Source: Phycisphaera sp. (GTDB taxonomy: Bacteria > Planctomycetota > Phycisphaerae > Phycisphaerales > UBA1924). Taken from it: 64,000 nucleotides of DNA. Under the pieces are notes generated by a model, which searched no databases, was not told the origin of the DNA, and was given only the letters and a program-made list of their open reading frames with translations. The position numbers and the translations under genes were made by a program. The stretch spans positions 125,573 through 189,572 of the forward strand of contig JACKGZ010000007.1 of the NCBI GenBank assembly GCA_020639255.1, read 5' to 3'. Positions 29,929-38,826 of this stretch are shown here, piece by piece; positions within the stretch are counted from its first letter, which is position 1, and the number at the start of each line of letters is the position of its first letter.

Positions 29929-30645
29929 TTATTCGCCCAGCATCTCGGCGACAATCGGGATGAGCTGCGCTGTGGGTGGGATCGTGCGCTCGGAATCGCC
30001 GAAGGCAACGAGTTCGTCGGCGGGCACCCATCGCGTCTCGGCGTATTCCCAGTTGCTGGTGCTGGCGATCAGTTCGTGCACGCGGCGTTGCAAGTCGAGT
30101 CGGACGACGATGTCGGTGCTCATGGCGATCGGATCGTCGATGAGGCCGAGGATGTCATGCGAGGTGAACACTCCGGTGATGCCGACCTCGTCGCGGCACT
30201 CGACCTGAAGCTGACGGATCACCGCGAACTCGTCGAGCGCCGTGACGTGCGCCGGAGGCGGGTCGATCCCCCCCGAGGGGCCGAGCTCCCAGAGCGAGCC
30301 GTAGATCCGCGTGTCGTCCGAGCGTTTGCCGAAGAAAACATGTGGCTTGCCTGCGGTATCTCGCGCGATCAAAATGCCCGTGACAGAGAGTTGCATGACG
30401 GGCGGCTGGATCAGTCCTTTGGATTCCGCCTGCACCACCAGGCGCTTGTAGGAATCGCGCCTGGCGCGGATCAGGCCTTTGTCCTCGCCGACGAAGGCAA
30501 GGATGGGCCCGTCGAAGAGACGAGGTTTCTCGGCGCAGATCTCGTCCCAGCGGTCATCAACCTCGATGGGCAGATCGATGAAAGCGCGCGGCGCCACATC
30601 GATGCGCACGCTGCTCATCGGCTTGAACATCCCCAGCGGCTTCAT
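29929..30645 (-). CDS. Nudix-like hydrolase (degenerate Nudix box)
   Basis: ATG 30645-30643 overlaps the ybaB stop (ATGA). GSLWELGPSGGIDPP...RQLQVECRDEVGI resembles a GX5EX7REUXEEXGU box with an insertion. Confidence 0.5.
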   Translation of the reverse strand: MKPLGMFKPMSSVRIDVAPRAFIDLPIEVDDRWDEICAEKPRLFDGPILAFVGEDKGLIRARRDSYKRLVVQAESKGLIQPPVMQLSVTGILIARDTAGKPHVFFGKRSDDTRIYGSLWELGPSGGIDPPPAHVTALDEFAVIRQLQVECRDEVGITGVFTSHDILGLIDDPIAMSTDIVVRLDLQRRVHELIASTSNWEYAETRWVPADELVAFGDSERTIPPTAQLIPIVAEMLGE

Positions 30646-31031
30646 CCCAGGAGCTTGCCGATCGGCCCGAGCCCGCCGCCACCGGCGGGGATCAGGTCTT
30701 CGAGGCCCAGGCGTTTGACCTCGGCTTCGACCAACTCGCGGATACGGTTCTGGCACTTCTCGAGCGCATCGTTGGTGGCCTCGGTGATCAGCCGCTGCGC
30801 TTGTACACGCGAGTCTTCGGACGCTCCGAGCCCGGCGCAGACCGCCGGGTCGAGCTCGACCTTCTCAACGCGCTGCTTGCCCGAGACGACGACCCGGCAC
30901 GCACCGCCGCCCGCGTTGCCCTCGATGCGCAGCTCGGCGACTCGTTTTGCGAGCTCCTCGGCCGCCGCCTTGATCTCGTCCTTGCGGCCCATCAGTGACG
31001 CGATCGCGCCCATGTTCTTCAGTCCGAACAT
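30642..31031 (-). CDS. ybaB: Nucleoid-associated protein YbaB/EbfC
   Basis: 129 aa. NMGAIASLMGRKDEIKAAAEELAKR...GNAGGGACRVVVSGKQRVEKVELDP...ITEATNDALEK. Classic position after dnaX. Confidence 0.9.
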   Translation of the reverse strand: MFGLKNMGAIASLMGRKDEIKAAAEELAKRVAELRIEGNAGGGACRVVVSGKQRVEKVELDPAVCAGLGASEDSRVQAQRLITEATNDALEKCQNRIRELVEAEVKRLGLEDLIPAGGGGLGPIGKLLG

Positions 31032-31522
31032 CAGCTGGTTTCCTCTCCGGTTGGTCTCGCCAGCGGCTTCACTTCCACGATCCTTCCCTTGAACACCTCG
31101 ATCGCGTGGCGGATGACCGGGTCGTCGATCTCGATCTCGCCCGAGGAATGCACGACGGGGTCATCGGTCCCGCTTCGTTCTGGCTTCACCGTCGCCTCGG
31201 CGAGTCGGCACTCGATGCGCGTGCTCGCCAGACTCGACATCAGCTGAGCGAGCTCGGGCAGCTTGTTCTCGGCTGTCCCCCGGATGCGCTCGTCGCAGGC
31301 GAGCGTAACGACTCCGGCTGTATACGATACGATCGACATATCCGCGAGCATCGCGCGCACCATCATGGGCGCGTTTGCCCGCAGCTTCTCCCATAGTTCG
31401 GCGCCGGTTGTACCCGGACCGGGAGTCGGCTTCGGAGTCGTCGGAGTTGCGTCGGTCGGCGTCGGGGTCGGTTCGGCTCTTTGACGGGCCGGCGGTGTCC
31501 CCGGCGCCGTCAGCCTTTTCCC
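31031..31522 (-). CDS. dnaX: dnaX tau-specific C-terminal segment, encoded in the -1 frame relative to the upstream dnaX ORF
   Basis: The -1 frame reads KRLTAPGTPPARQRAEPTPTPTDATPTTPKPTPGPG (Pro/Thr linker). It continues LWEKLRANAPMMVRAMLADMSIVSY...DDPVIRHAIEVFKGRIVEVK, the usual DnaX C-terminal module. Its stop shares one nt with the ybaB ATG. Confidence 0.65.
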   Translation of the reverse strand, partial: GKRLTAPGTPPARQRAEPTPTPTDATPTTPKPTPGPGTTGAELWEKLRANAPMMVRAMLADMSIVSYTAGVVTLACDERIRGTAENKLPELAQLMSSLASTRIECRLAEATVKPERSGTDDPVVHSSGEIEIDDPVIRHAIEVFKGRIVEVKPLARPTGEETS

Positions 31523-31536
31523 GCGCCGGCTCCCTC
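31482..31536 (-). promoter_or_regulatory. Candidate programmed -1 ribosomal frameshift cassette (SD-like GAGGGAG, slippery G GGA AAA G, downstream hairpin)
   Basis: In mRNA sense: GAGGGAG 31536-31530, 7-nt spacer, heptamer GGGAAAA 31522-31516, 0-frame stop TGA 31512-31510. The stem spans 31511-31501 and 31492-31483 (10 bp, one bulged C, 8-nt loop). Confidence 0.55.
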
Positions 31537-32634
31537 GAGCTGACGCACCAGTGTCGTCACATCCGCCAGCTTCTCGGTCATCGCCAGGCGCACGACGAGC
31601 GCATCCAGCAACGCCCGCGGGTTCGGGCTCGAACGTGTCGCGCGCTGGACGCTCTCGCACAGCGCGATCATGTGGACGAGCCCGGCAGCGTCGAATCGCT
31701 GGGCGCGTTCGATCTCTTCCTTGCGGGTGTCACCCGTGAGCTCGACGAGCGAGGTCTCCGGGCCGCAGGCGCACAGGACCATCAGGTCGCGCAGGCGTTC
31801 GATGAGCGTTTCGAGGAGCTGATCGGGCCCGGTGCCCGTTGCCAGCAGCTCGGCTGCCGAGTCGAGGGCGGGCTTGGGCTCGCCGTCGGCGAATGCGTTG
31901 ATCAGGCGTCCGACGAGCTCGCGCGGCGCTAGGCCCATGAGTCCCTCGAGCAGTTCCACGGTGAGCGACTTCTCGCCCGAGGCCATGAGGCGGTCCATGA
32001 TCGAGAGCGCATCGCGCATCGAACCGTTGCCCAGGCGTGCGACCATCGAGAGCAGCTCGGGCTCGGCCTTGAGCTTCTCGTTCTTGACGACGTACGCCAG
32101 GCGGTCGGCGATAACGGACATCGGGATCGCACGGAAGTCAAAGCGTTGGCAGCGGCTCTGGATGGTGGGGGGAACCTTCTGCGCCTCGGTGGTGCAGAGG
32201 ATGAACTTGACGTGCTCGGGCGGCTCCTCCATGGTCTTGAGCAGCGCGTTGAAGGCTGCGGTCGAGAGCATGTGGACCTCGTCGATGATGTAGATCTTGT
32301 ATGGGCCGCGCATCGGGCGGTAGACGCTGCCGGCGATGAGTTCGCGGGCGTCGTCGACGGAGTTGTTGGATGCGCCGTCGATCTCGATGACGTCGGTGTC
32401 CTGCCCGGTCATGATGGCCTGATCGACCTCGGCTGAGCCACTGGAGTTCAGCGCTTTGGCGAAGACGCGGGCCATGGTGGTCTTGCCGACGCCCCGTGTG
32501 CCTGTGAAGAGGTAGGCGTGTGCGACACGGTCGGCCTCGATGGCGGCCTTGAGCGTCCTGGCGACGGGCTCCTGGCCGACGATGTCGTCGAAGCCGGTCG
32601 AGCGGTACCTGCGGGCGAGTGCGGTGTATGACAT
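31510..32634 (-). CDS. dnaX: DNA polymerase III subunit gamma/tau, 0-frame product (gamma-like, 374 aa)
   Basis: ATG 32634-32632. MSYTALARRYRSTGFDDIVGQEPVARTLKAAIEADRVAHAYLFTGTRGVGKTTMARVFAKALN, IIDEVHMLS, SRCQRFDF. Confidence 0.9.
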   Translation of the reverse strand: MSYTALARRYRSTGFDDIVGQEPVARTLKAAIEADRVAHAYLFTGTRGVGKTTMARVFAKALNSSGSAEVDQAIMTGQDTDVIEIDGASNNSVDDARELIAGSVYRPMRGPYKIYIIDEVHMLSTAAFNALLKTMEEPPEHVKFILCTTEAQKVPPTIQSRCQRFDFRAIPMSVIADRLAYVVKNEKLKAEPELLSMVARLGNGSMRDALSIMDRLMASGEKSLTVELLEGLMGLAPRELVGRLINAFADGEPKPALDSAAELLATGTGPDQLLETLIERLRDLMVLCACGPETSLVELTGDTRKEEIERAQRFDAAGLVHMIALCESVQRATRSSPNPRALLDALVVRLAMTEKLADVTTLVRQLEGAGAGKG

Positions 32635-32831
32635 GCCCCGATTGTAGTGCCCCGGTTCCCCCGGCTCGGTGGTCCGGTTCGGGGACCGGATCTCGGGAAT
32701 CAGCCCGGATTCACGGCCCACCCTCGTTGGCAGTGAGACGGCTTCGGTTGGTCGGCTGCTCATTTCGGCGCGAGCCGATTCGGCGGTGTCTCCCACACCG
32801 GGTGAGAGCCTTAGAACCCGGGGAGAACGCG

Positions 32832-33296
32832 ATGAAGCTTTCCATGATCCTGCTCACTTGCCCGTTTCTCTTGGGGTGCGCGACACGCACGCCTGTCGGA
32901 TCCGAATATGTTGGTACGTGGCAGTACGACAGGGTGTCGCTGCGTGAGCGGGCGCTCGCCAGCGCAATCGACTCGGTCAGCGGGGGCGAGCCGGAATCGC
33001 TCAGCGCCGAGGAATTCGAGGAGGTGCGGGCGTGGGTGTACGAGAACCACGCCGGCTGGGACAAGTCGATCGAGATCAAGCCCGACGGTACCTATGTGTG
33101 GACCTCGTGCGTCGGCGAGTCCACGCCCGAGATCATGCGCGGCACGTGGCGCAGCGAGCGCGGCGATGTCACTCTGTACACCGATGACGGGAGCAAGATC
33201 GCAATAGCCGTTCTTGCGGACGGAATGCTTCGGTTGACACCGACCGACGCCGGCGAGATCGGCGTGTACATGGCGATGAATCCCGTCGACGAGTAG
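32832..33296 (+). CDS. Lipoprotein (lipobox LLGC), lipocalin-like small beta protein
   Basis: ATG 32832. MKLSMILLTCPFLLGCATR, then YVGTWQYD...GTWRSERGDVTLY...GMLRLTP. Confidence 0.7.
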   Translation: MKLSMILLTCPFLLGCATRTPVGSEYVGTWQYDRVSLRERALASAIDSVSGGEPESLSAEEFEEVRAWVYENHAGWDKSIEIKPDGTYVWTSCVGESTPEIMRGTWRSERGDVTLYTDDGSKIAIAVLADGMLRLTPTDAGEIGVYMAMNPVDE

Positions 33297-33372
33297 CTCT
33301 TCTTGATTCGCCGTGTATTCACGATCCGTGCGATCGTGTATGATGACGCTTCACAGAAATGGAGCATCACAA

Positions 33373-33873
33373 ATGAAACATCTGATCGTATATCCGGCGG
33401 CTGTGTCCCTTGTTCTTGGTCTCGCGGCCTGCGGGGGCGGAGACGCGGATTCGGAAGCAGGCTCGACGAAAGCCGTAGCGAAAGTCTCGGTGTCTGATTT
33501 CGTCGGAGTGTGGCACTTCGACAAGGAGGCGATGCGCGAGCCGGCCGTCAATTCAATGCTGGCCGAGCTGCCAGCCGGTGCGACCGATGCGCAGAAGGAA
33601 CAGATGCGCACGATGGCCGACAGCATGCTCTCGAGCATGGTCATGGATCTCACGATCAACGAGGACAAGACCTACAGCGTGCTCATGCGTGTGCCAGGCA
33701 GGTCCGACGAGATATCGAAGGGCTCATGGACGCTTGCCGACGGCGTGATCTCGATGGTGGAGGACGGCGAAGATGCCTCCAAAGTCGCGATGGGCCACCT
33801 CGACAACGGTAAGTTGCTTGTGGATCCGCCTGCGGGGGAAAGCGAACTCGGGCAGATCGTCATGACCCGGTAA
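33373..33873 (+). CDS. Lipoprotein (lipobox LAAC), distant paralogue of 32832-33296
   Basis: ATG 33373. MKHLIVYPAAVSLVLGLAACGG, then FVGVWHFD...GSWTLADGVISMV...GKLLVDP. Confidence 0.7.
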   Translation: MKHLIVYPAAVSLVLGLAACGGGDADSEAGSTKAVAKVSVSDFVGVWHFDKEAMREPAVNSMLAELPAGATDAQKEQMRTMADSMLSSMVMDLTINEDKTYSVLMRVPGRSDEISKGSWTLADGVISMVEDGEDASKVAMGHLDNGKLLVDPPAGESELGQIVMTR

Positions 33874-34116
33874 ACCGAACGACCAATAACGTGTAGAGAG
33901 AAAGCGCCATCACTCTGTCGATCCCGTCGGCGGCCAGGACACCGCTGCCCCGGTTGACGCCGCTTATGGCTGCTGCGGTCAAGCCCTGACCAGGTTCACG
34001 GGCCCCCCGTGCACCGGGCCCGACCGCCGACGGGACCGACAGGGGCCATCCTAGGCATCCCGGAATCCGCGTTGGGGACGGATCCCCGGATCGTCCCCGC
34101 CCGTAGACTCTCGGTG

Positions 34117-35424
34117 ATGGCCGAGCGCAAGCCCCATCTCGATCTGCACCCCTTCCAGCGCGTCGAGCGCCAGCGGTCGGCTCTGCTCAAGCTCGTCCGG
34201 GCGGGGTTTCTGATCGTCTTTATCACGACCGCCTCGCTGGCGGTGCTCAACACCGTCGAGGGCGACCCCGACCGGGTGAACGTCTTCGGCATCGCGATCA
34301 AGGGGACCTGGCAGGTACTGCTGACGCTGGCGATCCTGATCGGCGGGGCCGCGTGGGCGACGGACCTGCTCACGCCGACGAAGAAGATCTCCACGCTCAT
34401 GAGCATCTTCTTCGGGCTCATGATCGCGATGATCGCGACCTACGCCATCGGCATCATCATCGATCTTCTGGTCGAGCTCTACAGCCTCGGCTCGCTCCGC
34501 GACCCGATCGTGCTGACCGCCAAGGCGTTCATCGGGATCGGACTGACGTACATCTGCATCGCGACCGTTCTGCAGACGCAGGACGACTTCCGGCTGGTGA
34601 TCCCGTACGTCGAGTTCGCCAAGCAGCTGCGGGGAGCCAGGCCGCTCTTGATCGATTCGTCGGCGCTGATCGACGCGCGGATCGCGGACGTCGCGGCGAC
34701 GGGCATTTTCCAGGCGCCGCTCGTGGTGCCGAGGTTCATCATCCATGAGCTCCAGCTCCTTGCCGACAGCACGGACGCGATCCGACGCTCACGCGGGCGC
34801 CGCGGGCTTGACGTCATCGCGCAGCTCCAGCGAGAGCCGCGGCTCGACGTGACGATCGACGAGACGGCGATCCCGGGCAAGAGCGTCGACCAGATGCTGC
34901 TCGAGCTGGCGCGCCGGACCAACGCGATCATCGTGACGACGGACACGGCGCTTTCGCGTGTCTCGAACATCCACGACGTGCCCGTGCTGAGCATGCACCA
35001 GCTGGCGATCGCGTGCAAACCCGTGACGGGTACGGGCGAGCGTGTCCGGCTCCAGCTCGTCAAGGCCGGCGAGCAGCCGGGGCAGGCGGTCGGCTATCTC
35101 CCCGACGGCACGATGGTTGTCGTAAACGAGGCCGAGCCGCTGGTGGGTGAATCGATCGAGGCCGAGGTGGAGTCGACCATCCAGACGAGCGCGGGGCGGA
35201 TGCTTTTCGCGCGGTTGGCTGGGTCGTCGGCGGTGCGTGTCGATGAAGGATCAACGCCGGCATCGGAGGCCTCATCCGTTTCGAATGAGGATTCCGATGC
35301 CGAGTCCGAGTCTGAACCTGCTGCCGACGTCGAGTCCGATGCGGCATCAAAGTCCGGCCCGTTCCCTCCTCAGCGGCCCACCGTACGAGCCAAGGCCGCG
35401 GCTCGCCGCAATCCTCGGCGATGA
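34117..35424 (+). CDS. PIN/TRAM domain membrane protein (YacL-like)
   Basis: ATG 34117. N-terminal TM helices; PIN (LLIDSSALIDARI...IIVTTDTALSRV); TRAM-like (ERVRLQLVKAGEQPGQAVGYLPDGTMVVVNEAEPLVGESIEAEVESTIQTSAGRMLFARL). Confidence 0.8.
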   Translation: MAERKPHLDLHPFQRVERQRSALLKLVRAGFLIVFITTASLAVLNTVEGDPDRVNVFGIAIKGTWQVLLTLAILIGGAAWATDLLTPTKKISTLMSIFFGLMIAMIATYAIGIIIDLLVELYSLGSLRDPIVLTAKAFIGIGLTYICIATVLQTQDDFRLVIPYVEFAKQLRGARPLLIDSSALIDARIADVAATGIFQAPLVVPRFIIHELQLLADSTDAIRRSRGRRGLDVIAQLQREPRLDVTIDETAIPGKSVDQMLLELARRTNAIIVTTDTALSRVSNIHDVPVLSMHQLAIACKPVTGTGERVRLQLVKAGEQPGQAVGYLPDGTMVVVNEAEPLVGESIEAEVESTIQTSAGRMLFARLAGSSAVRVDEGSTPASEASSVSNEDSDAESESEPAADVESDAASKSGPFPPQRPTVRAKAAARRNPRR

Positions 35425-35606
35425 GCCTCAAACTCTGCGGATCAAACCGAGTTTGCCGGTTGTACGACCGAGGCAAGATCGGGATCTTCTGAGGACACCC
35501 CCGGTCCGAATACGCTCAACGTGAAATGCGGGGCTACCCCCGAGGCCGATCGAATCCGATGGTTGAGTCTGGGTCCGCCTGAGTTCTCGGCGCGTCCCGC
35601 AAGGAG

Positions 35607-36089
35607 TTGCCCATGGCACGCCACCGCAACACGATTCGCGCCTTCACGCTGGTTGAGATCCTGATCGTGGTGGTGATCCTGGGCATCCTCGCGGCTGTGG
35701 TCGTGCCGAGCTTCGCCAACGCGACCGAGCCGACGCGACAAACCACCTTTATCACCAACATGAAGGACTTCGCTGAGGCGGTGGAGATCTACCGTGTCCG
35801 CAACAACGCGTACCCGGCCGCCACGAACACCGGCGAGCTGCCCGACGGCTTTGAGGAGCTCATCGACCCGCGCGACTGGATGGGACGCACGCCCATCGGC
35901 GGGCAGTGGGACACCGAAGAGACCGACCTCGGCTACGGCATCGGTGTGCACTTCGACGGCACGGGCGAGACCCGTGACGACGAGTACATGACCGAGGTCG
36001 ACGAGATCTTCGATGACGGCGATCTCAGCACAGGCGTCTTCCAGAAGACCGAAGACAGCCGCTATTACCTGATCCTGCACTACGACTGA
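35607..36089 (+). CDS. Stand-alone prepilin-type N-terminal cleavage/methylation domain protein (pseudopilin)
   Basis: RAFTLVEILIVVVILGILAAVVVPSF at the N-terminus. 160 aa. Confidence 0.8.
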   Translation: MPMARHRNTIRAFTLVEILIVVVILGILAAVVVPSFANATEPTRQTTFITNMKDFAEAVEIYRVRNNAYPAATNTGELPDGFEELIDPRDWMGRTPIGGQWDTEETDLGYGIGVHFDGTGETRDDEYMTEVDEIFDDGDLSTGVFQKTEDSRYYLILHYD

Positions 36090-36130
36090 GCCCGTCTCGA
36101 CCCTCGCCCGCTCGCCGATACCATGTCGGC

Positions 36131-37402
36131 ATGAGCGACCACATCCACGCGAGGCGCAACAGAGCCGAGAAAGCCTGGCAGACCGAGCACGTCGTGCTCA
36201 TCGGGTCTGGCTCGCCGATCCCGGTGCCCGGTGGCATGGACCAGATCCATCACTTCGAGCCGCACCCAGACCACTACTGGTTGACGGGCCATCGCACCGC
36301 CGGCGCGGTGCTCGCGTACGACGCGCACGAGGGCTGGCGTGACTTCACGCCCGACCTGACCGAGGACGACCGCGTCTGGGAAGGCCTGACCGAGCGCGCG
36401 GGAGAGCCCATCTCGGGCCTTGCTCCCTGGCTCGCGGCGCGCAAAGACCGGCCCAAGGCCGTGCTCGGTGTGCCGGGCGGCCCGCTCAAGGGCATCACAA
36501 CCGACCGCACCGCCGACGAGGTCTTCGCCGAGCGTCTGCTCCACGCCCGCAGGGCCAAGGACAGCATCGAGATCGAGCTCATGCGCCGCGCCTGCAACGC
36601 GACGGCACGGGGCTTCGCACGTGCCCGCGAGTTCGCGGCGGCAGGCGTCACCGAGCGCGCCATCGAGATCGAGATGCAGGCCGAGTGCTTCCGCCACGGC
36701 GGCGAGAAGATGGGCTACCACAACATCGTCGGCTCAGGGACCAACGCTGCGGTCCTGCATTTCTCACCGAGTGCGCGCGGAGTGCAGGAGAACGAGTTCG
36801 TCCTGATCGACGCCGGCTGCCAGGTCGAGGGATACACCGCTGATGTGACGCGCACGTTCGTCGTCGGGAAGCCCAGCACGCAGCAGACCGAACTCCACGG
36901 CATCGTCAAGGAAACGCTCCTCTTCGGCAATTCGCAGTGCGTCCCGGGCAAGGAGTGGCGCGAGCTGCACCTCGAGTGCGCTGTGCGCATGACCCAGGGG
37001 CTGGTATCCCTCGGAATTCTCAGGGGCGAGCCGCAGGGCCTCGTCGAGCGCGACGCGCACGCGCTCTTTTTCCCGCACGGGCTGGGGCACCTCGTCGGCC
37101 TCGGTGTCCGCGACGCCAGCGGCTACCTGCCCGGGCGCGCACGTTCCGACCGCTTCGGCCTCGCGTTCCTCCGCATGGATCTCCCGCTCGAAAGCGGCTA
37201 CATCACAACCGTCGAACCGGGCCTGTACTTCATCGAGCCGCTGCTGCGTGACCCAAAACGCCGGGAGAGATTCGCCGGGGACGTGAACTGGGACGAGGTC
37301 GACCGCTGGATCGGCGTCGGGGGCGTGCGCCTCGAGGACAACATCCTCGTCACGGACGCCGGCCCGGTGAATCTCACCGAGAGTATCTCGCTCGATATCT
37401 GA
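36131..37402 (+). CDS. Xaa-Pro aminopeptidase / M24 family metallopeptidase
   Basis: 423 aa. LIDAGCQVEGYTADVTRTF, FFPHGLGHLVGLGVRD, ITTVEPGLYF, GGVRLEDNILVT. Confidence 0.85.
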   Translation: MSDHIHARRNRAEKAWQTEHVVLIGSGSPIPVPGGMDQIHHFEPHPDHYWLTGHRTAGAVLAYDAHEGWRDFTPDLTEDDRVWEGLTERAGEPISGLAPWLAARKDRPKAVLGVPGGPLKGITTDRTADEVFAERLLHARRAKDSIEIELMRRACNATARGFARAREFAAAGVTERAIEIEMQAECFRHGGEKMGYHNIVGSGTNAAVLHFSPSARGVQENEFVLIDAGCQVEGYTADVTRTFVVGKPSTQQTELHGIVKETLLFGNSQCVPGKEWRELHLECAVRMTQGLVSLGILRGEPQGLVERDAHALFFPHGLGHLVGLGVRDASGYLPGRARSDRFGLAFLRMDLPLESGYITTVEPGLYFIEPLLRDPKRRERFAGDVNWDEVDRWIGVGGVRLEDNILVTDAGPVNLTESISLDI

Positions 37403-37525
37403 CAGGCATTCTGCACGATTGTATTCAATCCCCGCGCGCTTTCGTGGCACTAGGTCCACGCCGGGTTATGTTTGCCCCCATAGGGATAGAGATCGGGGAT
37501 CCTCAGTCCCCGTGGGGGTAGCACA

Positions 37526-38260
37526 ATGGATTGTTCGCTTCGCTTCATCGGCGCCGCCGGTGTGGTCTGCGTGGCCCTGCCCGCTTCGGCGCAGGTGTAC
37601 GACTTCAACACGCTCGTTCACGGCGAGATCATCACCAACCAGTTCGAGCCCGCGCTCTCGATCACGGGCACCAACCCGAACCGCGCGTTCGACATCATCG
37701 CCGGCTTCGATACGCAGTTCCTCGGCTCGACCGCGGATCCGGATCTCCAGGGCCCGCCGTGGTCCGGGGGCAACCTCGCCGTGTCCGACGACGCCGTGGC
37801 GATCGGCACCGCGCTGATCATCGCGCAGAACAACCGCGACAACAACCACGACGGCATCCTCGACGCGCCCAACGACGAGGGCAGCAACCCCGCCGGCACG
37901 ATCGATCTGCGCTTCGCCTCGCCCGTCCCGGTCTTCGGCCTCGACATCGTCGACATCGAGGGCACGATGATGGAGGGCTCGAGCCTCGACTTCTACATCA
38001 ACGGCTTCCTGCTCGGCTCCGTCGCGTTCGAGGAGTTCATCACCATGGGCTCGCCGTACTACGACCCGACGGTCCAGTTCGGCGATCACACCGCCAACCG
38101 CATCCAGCCCATCCCCGCGGGCAACTTCATGGCGATCGGCTTCGACCGCGTCGTGATCAACGTGGGCGGCTCGTCCGCGTACGACACATTCGTCGTGCCC
38201 GCGCCGGCCTCGGGCGTGCTCGCCATCGCGGGCGCGGCCTTGCTCCGTCGGAAGCGTTGA
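37526..38260 (+). CDS. Secreted protein with PEP-CTERM-like (PAP variant) sorting tail
   Basis: 244 aa. Signal peptide ending ALPASAQV. C-terminus reads VPAPASGVLAIAGAALLRRKR. Confidence 0.75.
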   Translation: MDCSLRFIGAAGVVCVALPASAQVYDFNTLVHGEIITNQFEPALSITGTNPNRAFDIIAGFDTQFLGSTADPDLQGPPWSGGNLAVSDDAVAIGTALIIAQNNRDNNHDGILDAPNDEGSNPAGTIDLRFASPVPVFGLDIVDIEGTMMEGSSLDFYINGFLLGSVAFEEFITMGSPYYDPTVQFGDHTANRIQPIPAGNFMAIGFDRVVINVGGSSAYDTFVVPAPASGVLAIAGAALLRRKR

Positions 38261-38457
38261 CTCCGCAGCAGAACGCCGGTATCTTGCCGGCTGATGACCG
38301 CCTCGGCCTGACCATGTGAAGCTTCCGCCAACCCCGTGCGCCCGGAGTGCGCGCACACCCTACACAGGCGGACCCATCGTCAGGCACTCGATTCCTCACA
38401 CGGATCCACACGCCCGGCCCGGCTACCCGGGGGCGTTCGCAGCGAGTCATCCTTCCA

Positions 38458-38823
38458 ATGTCACAGAAAAACTTCCGGCGCCAGAGGCGTCACGAAGCCG
38501 ACGGCTTCACCTGCATCCACTGCAAACTCCACGTCCCCGGTCAGGCCTGGGGCACCAAACACCGCAACCACTGCCCCGTGTGCCTCTACAGCCGACACGT
38601 CGACGAACGCCCGGGCGACCGCGCCTCGCCGTGCCGAAGCCCCATGGAGCCCATCGCCATCGAAGCCAAACCCGACGGCGAGTGGGCCATCGTCCACCGC
38701 TGCACCGGTTGCGGCGAGATCAAAGTCAACCGCATCGCGGGCGATGACTCGGAGCGGGCGCTGCTAAGCCTGGCACTCAGGCCGATTTCGAGGCCGGCGT
38801 TTCCGCTTGATGATGCAAGGTAG
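38458..38823 (+). CDS. RNHCP domain-containing zinc-ribbon protein
   Basis: ATG 38458. FTCIHCKLHV...GTKHRNHCPVCLYSRHVD...HRCTGCGEIKVNRIAGDD. Confidence 0.75.
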   Translation: MSQKNFRRQRRHEADGFTCIHCKLHVPGQAWGTKHRNHCPVCLYSRHVDERPGDRASPCRSPMEPIAIEAKPDGEWAIVHRCTGCGEIKVNRIAGDDSERALLSLALRPISRPAFPLDDAR

Positions 38824-38826
38824 TCT

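Noticed and set aside
31031-32796. dnaX as a frameshifted pseudogene or a simple sequencing error
   Set aside because: This is not fully excluded, but I consider it less likely. Both frame segments are intact, with conserved motifs and coupling to ybaB. The frame junction coincides exactly with an X XXY YYZ heptamer flanked by an SD-like motif and a hairpin. It is kept as a finding with an explicit resequencing test.
34074-34098. Hairpin GGGGACG...CGTCCCC in the leader of the PIN/TRAM gene, and CAAACTC...GAGTTTG at 35430-35456
   Set aside because: These are short stems without a U tract, second copy or recognisable riboswitch features. That is insufficient to call a regulatory element.
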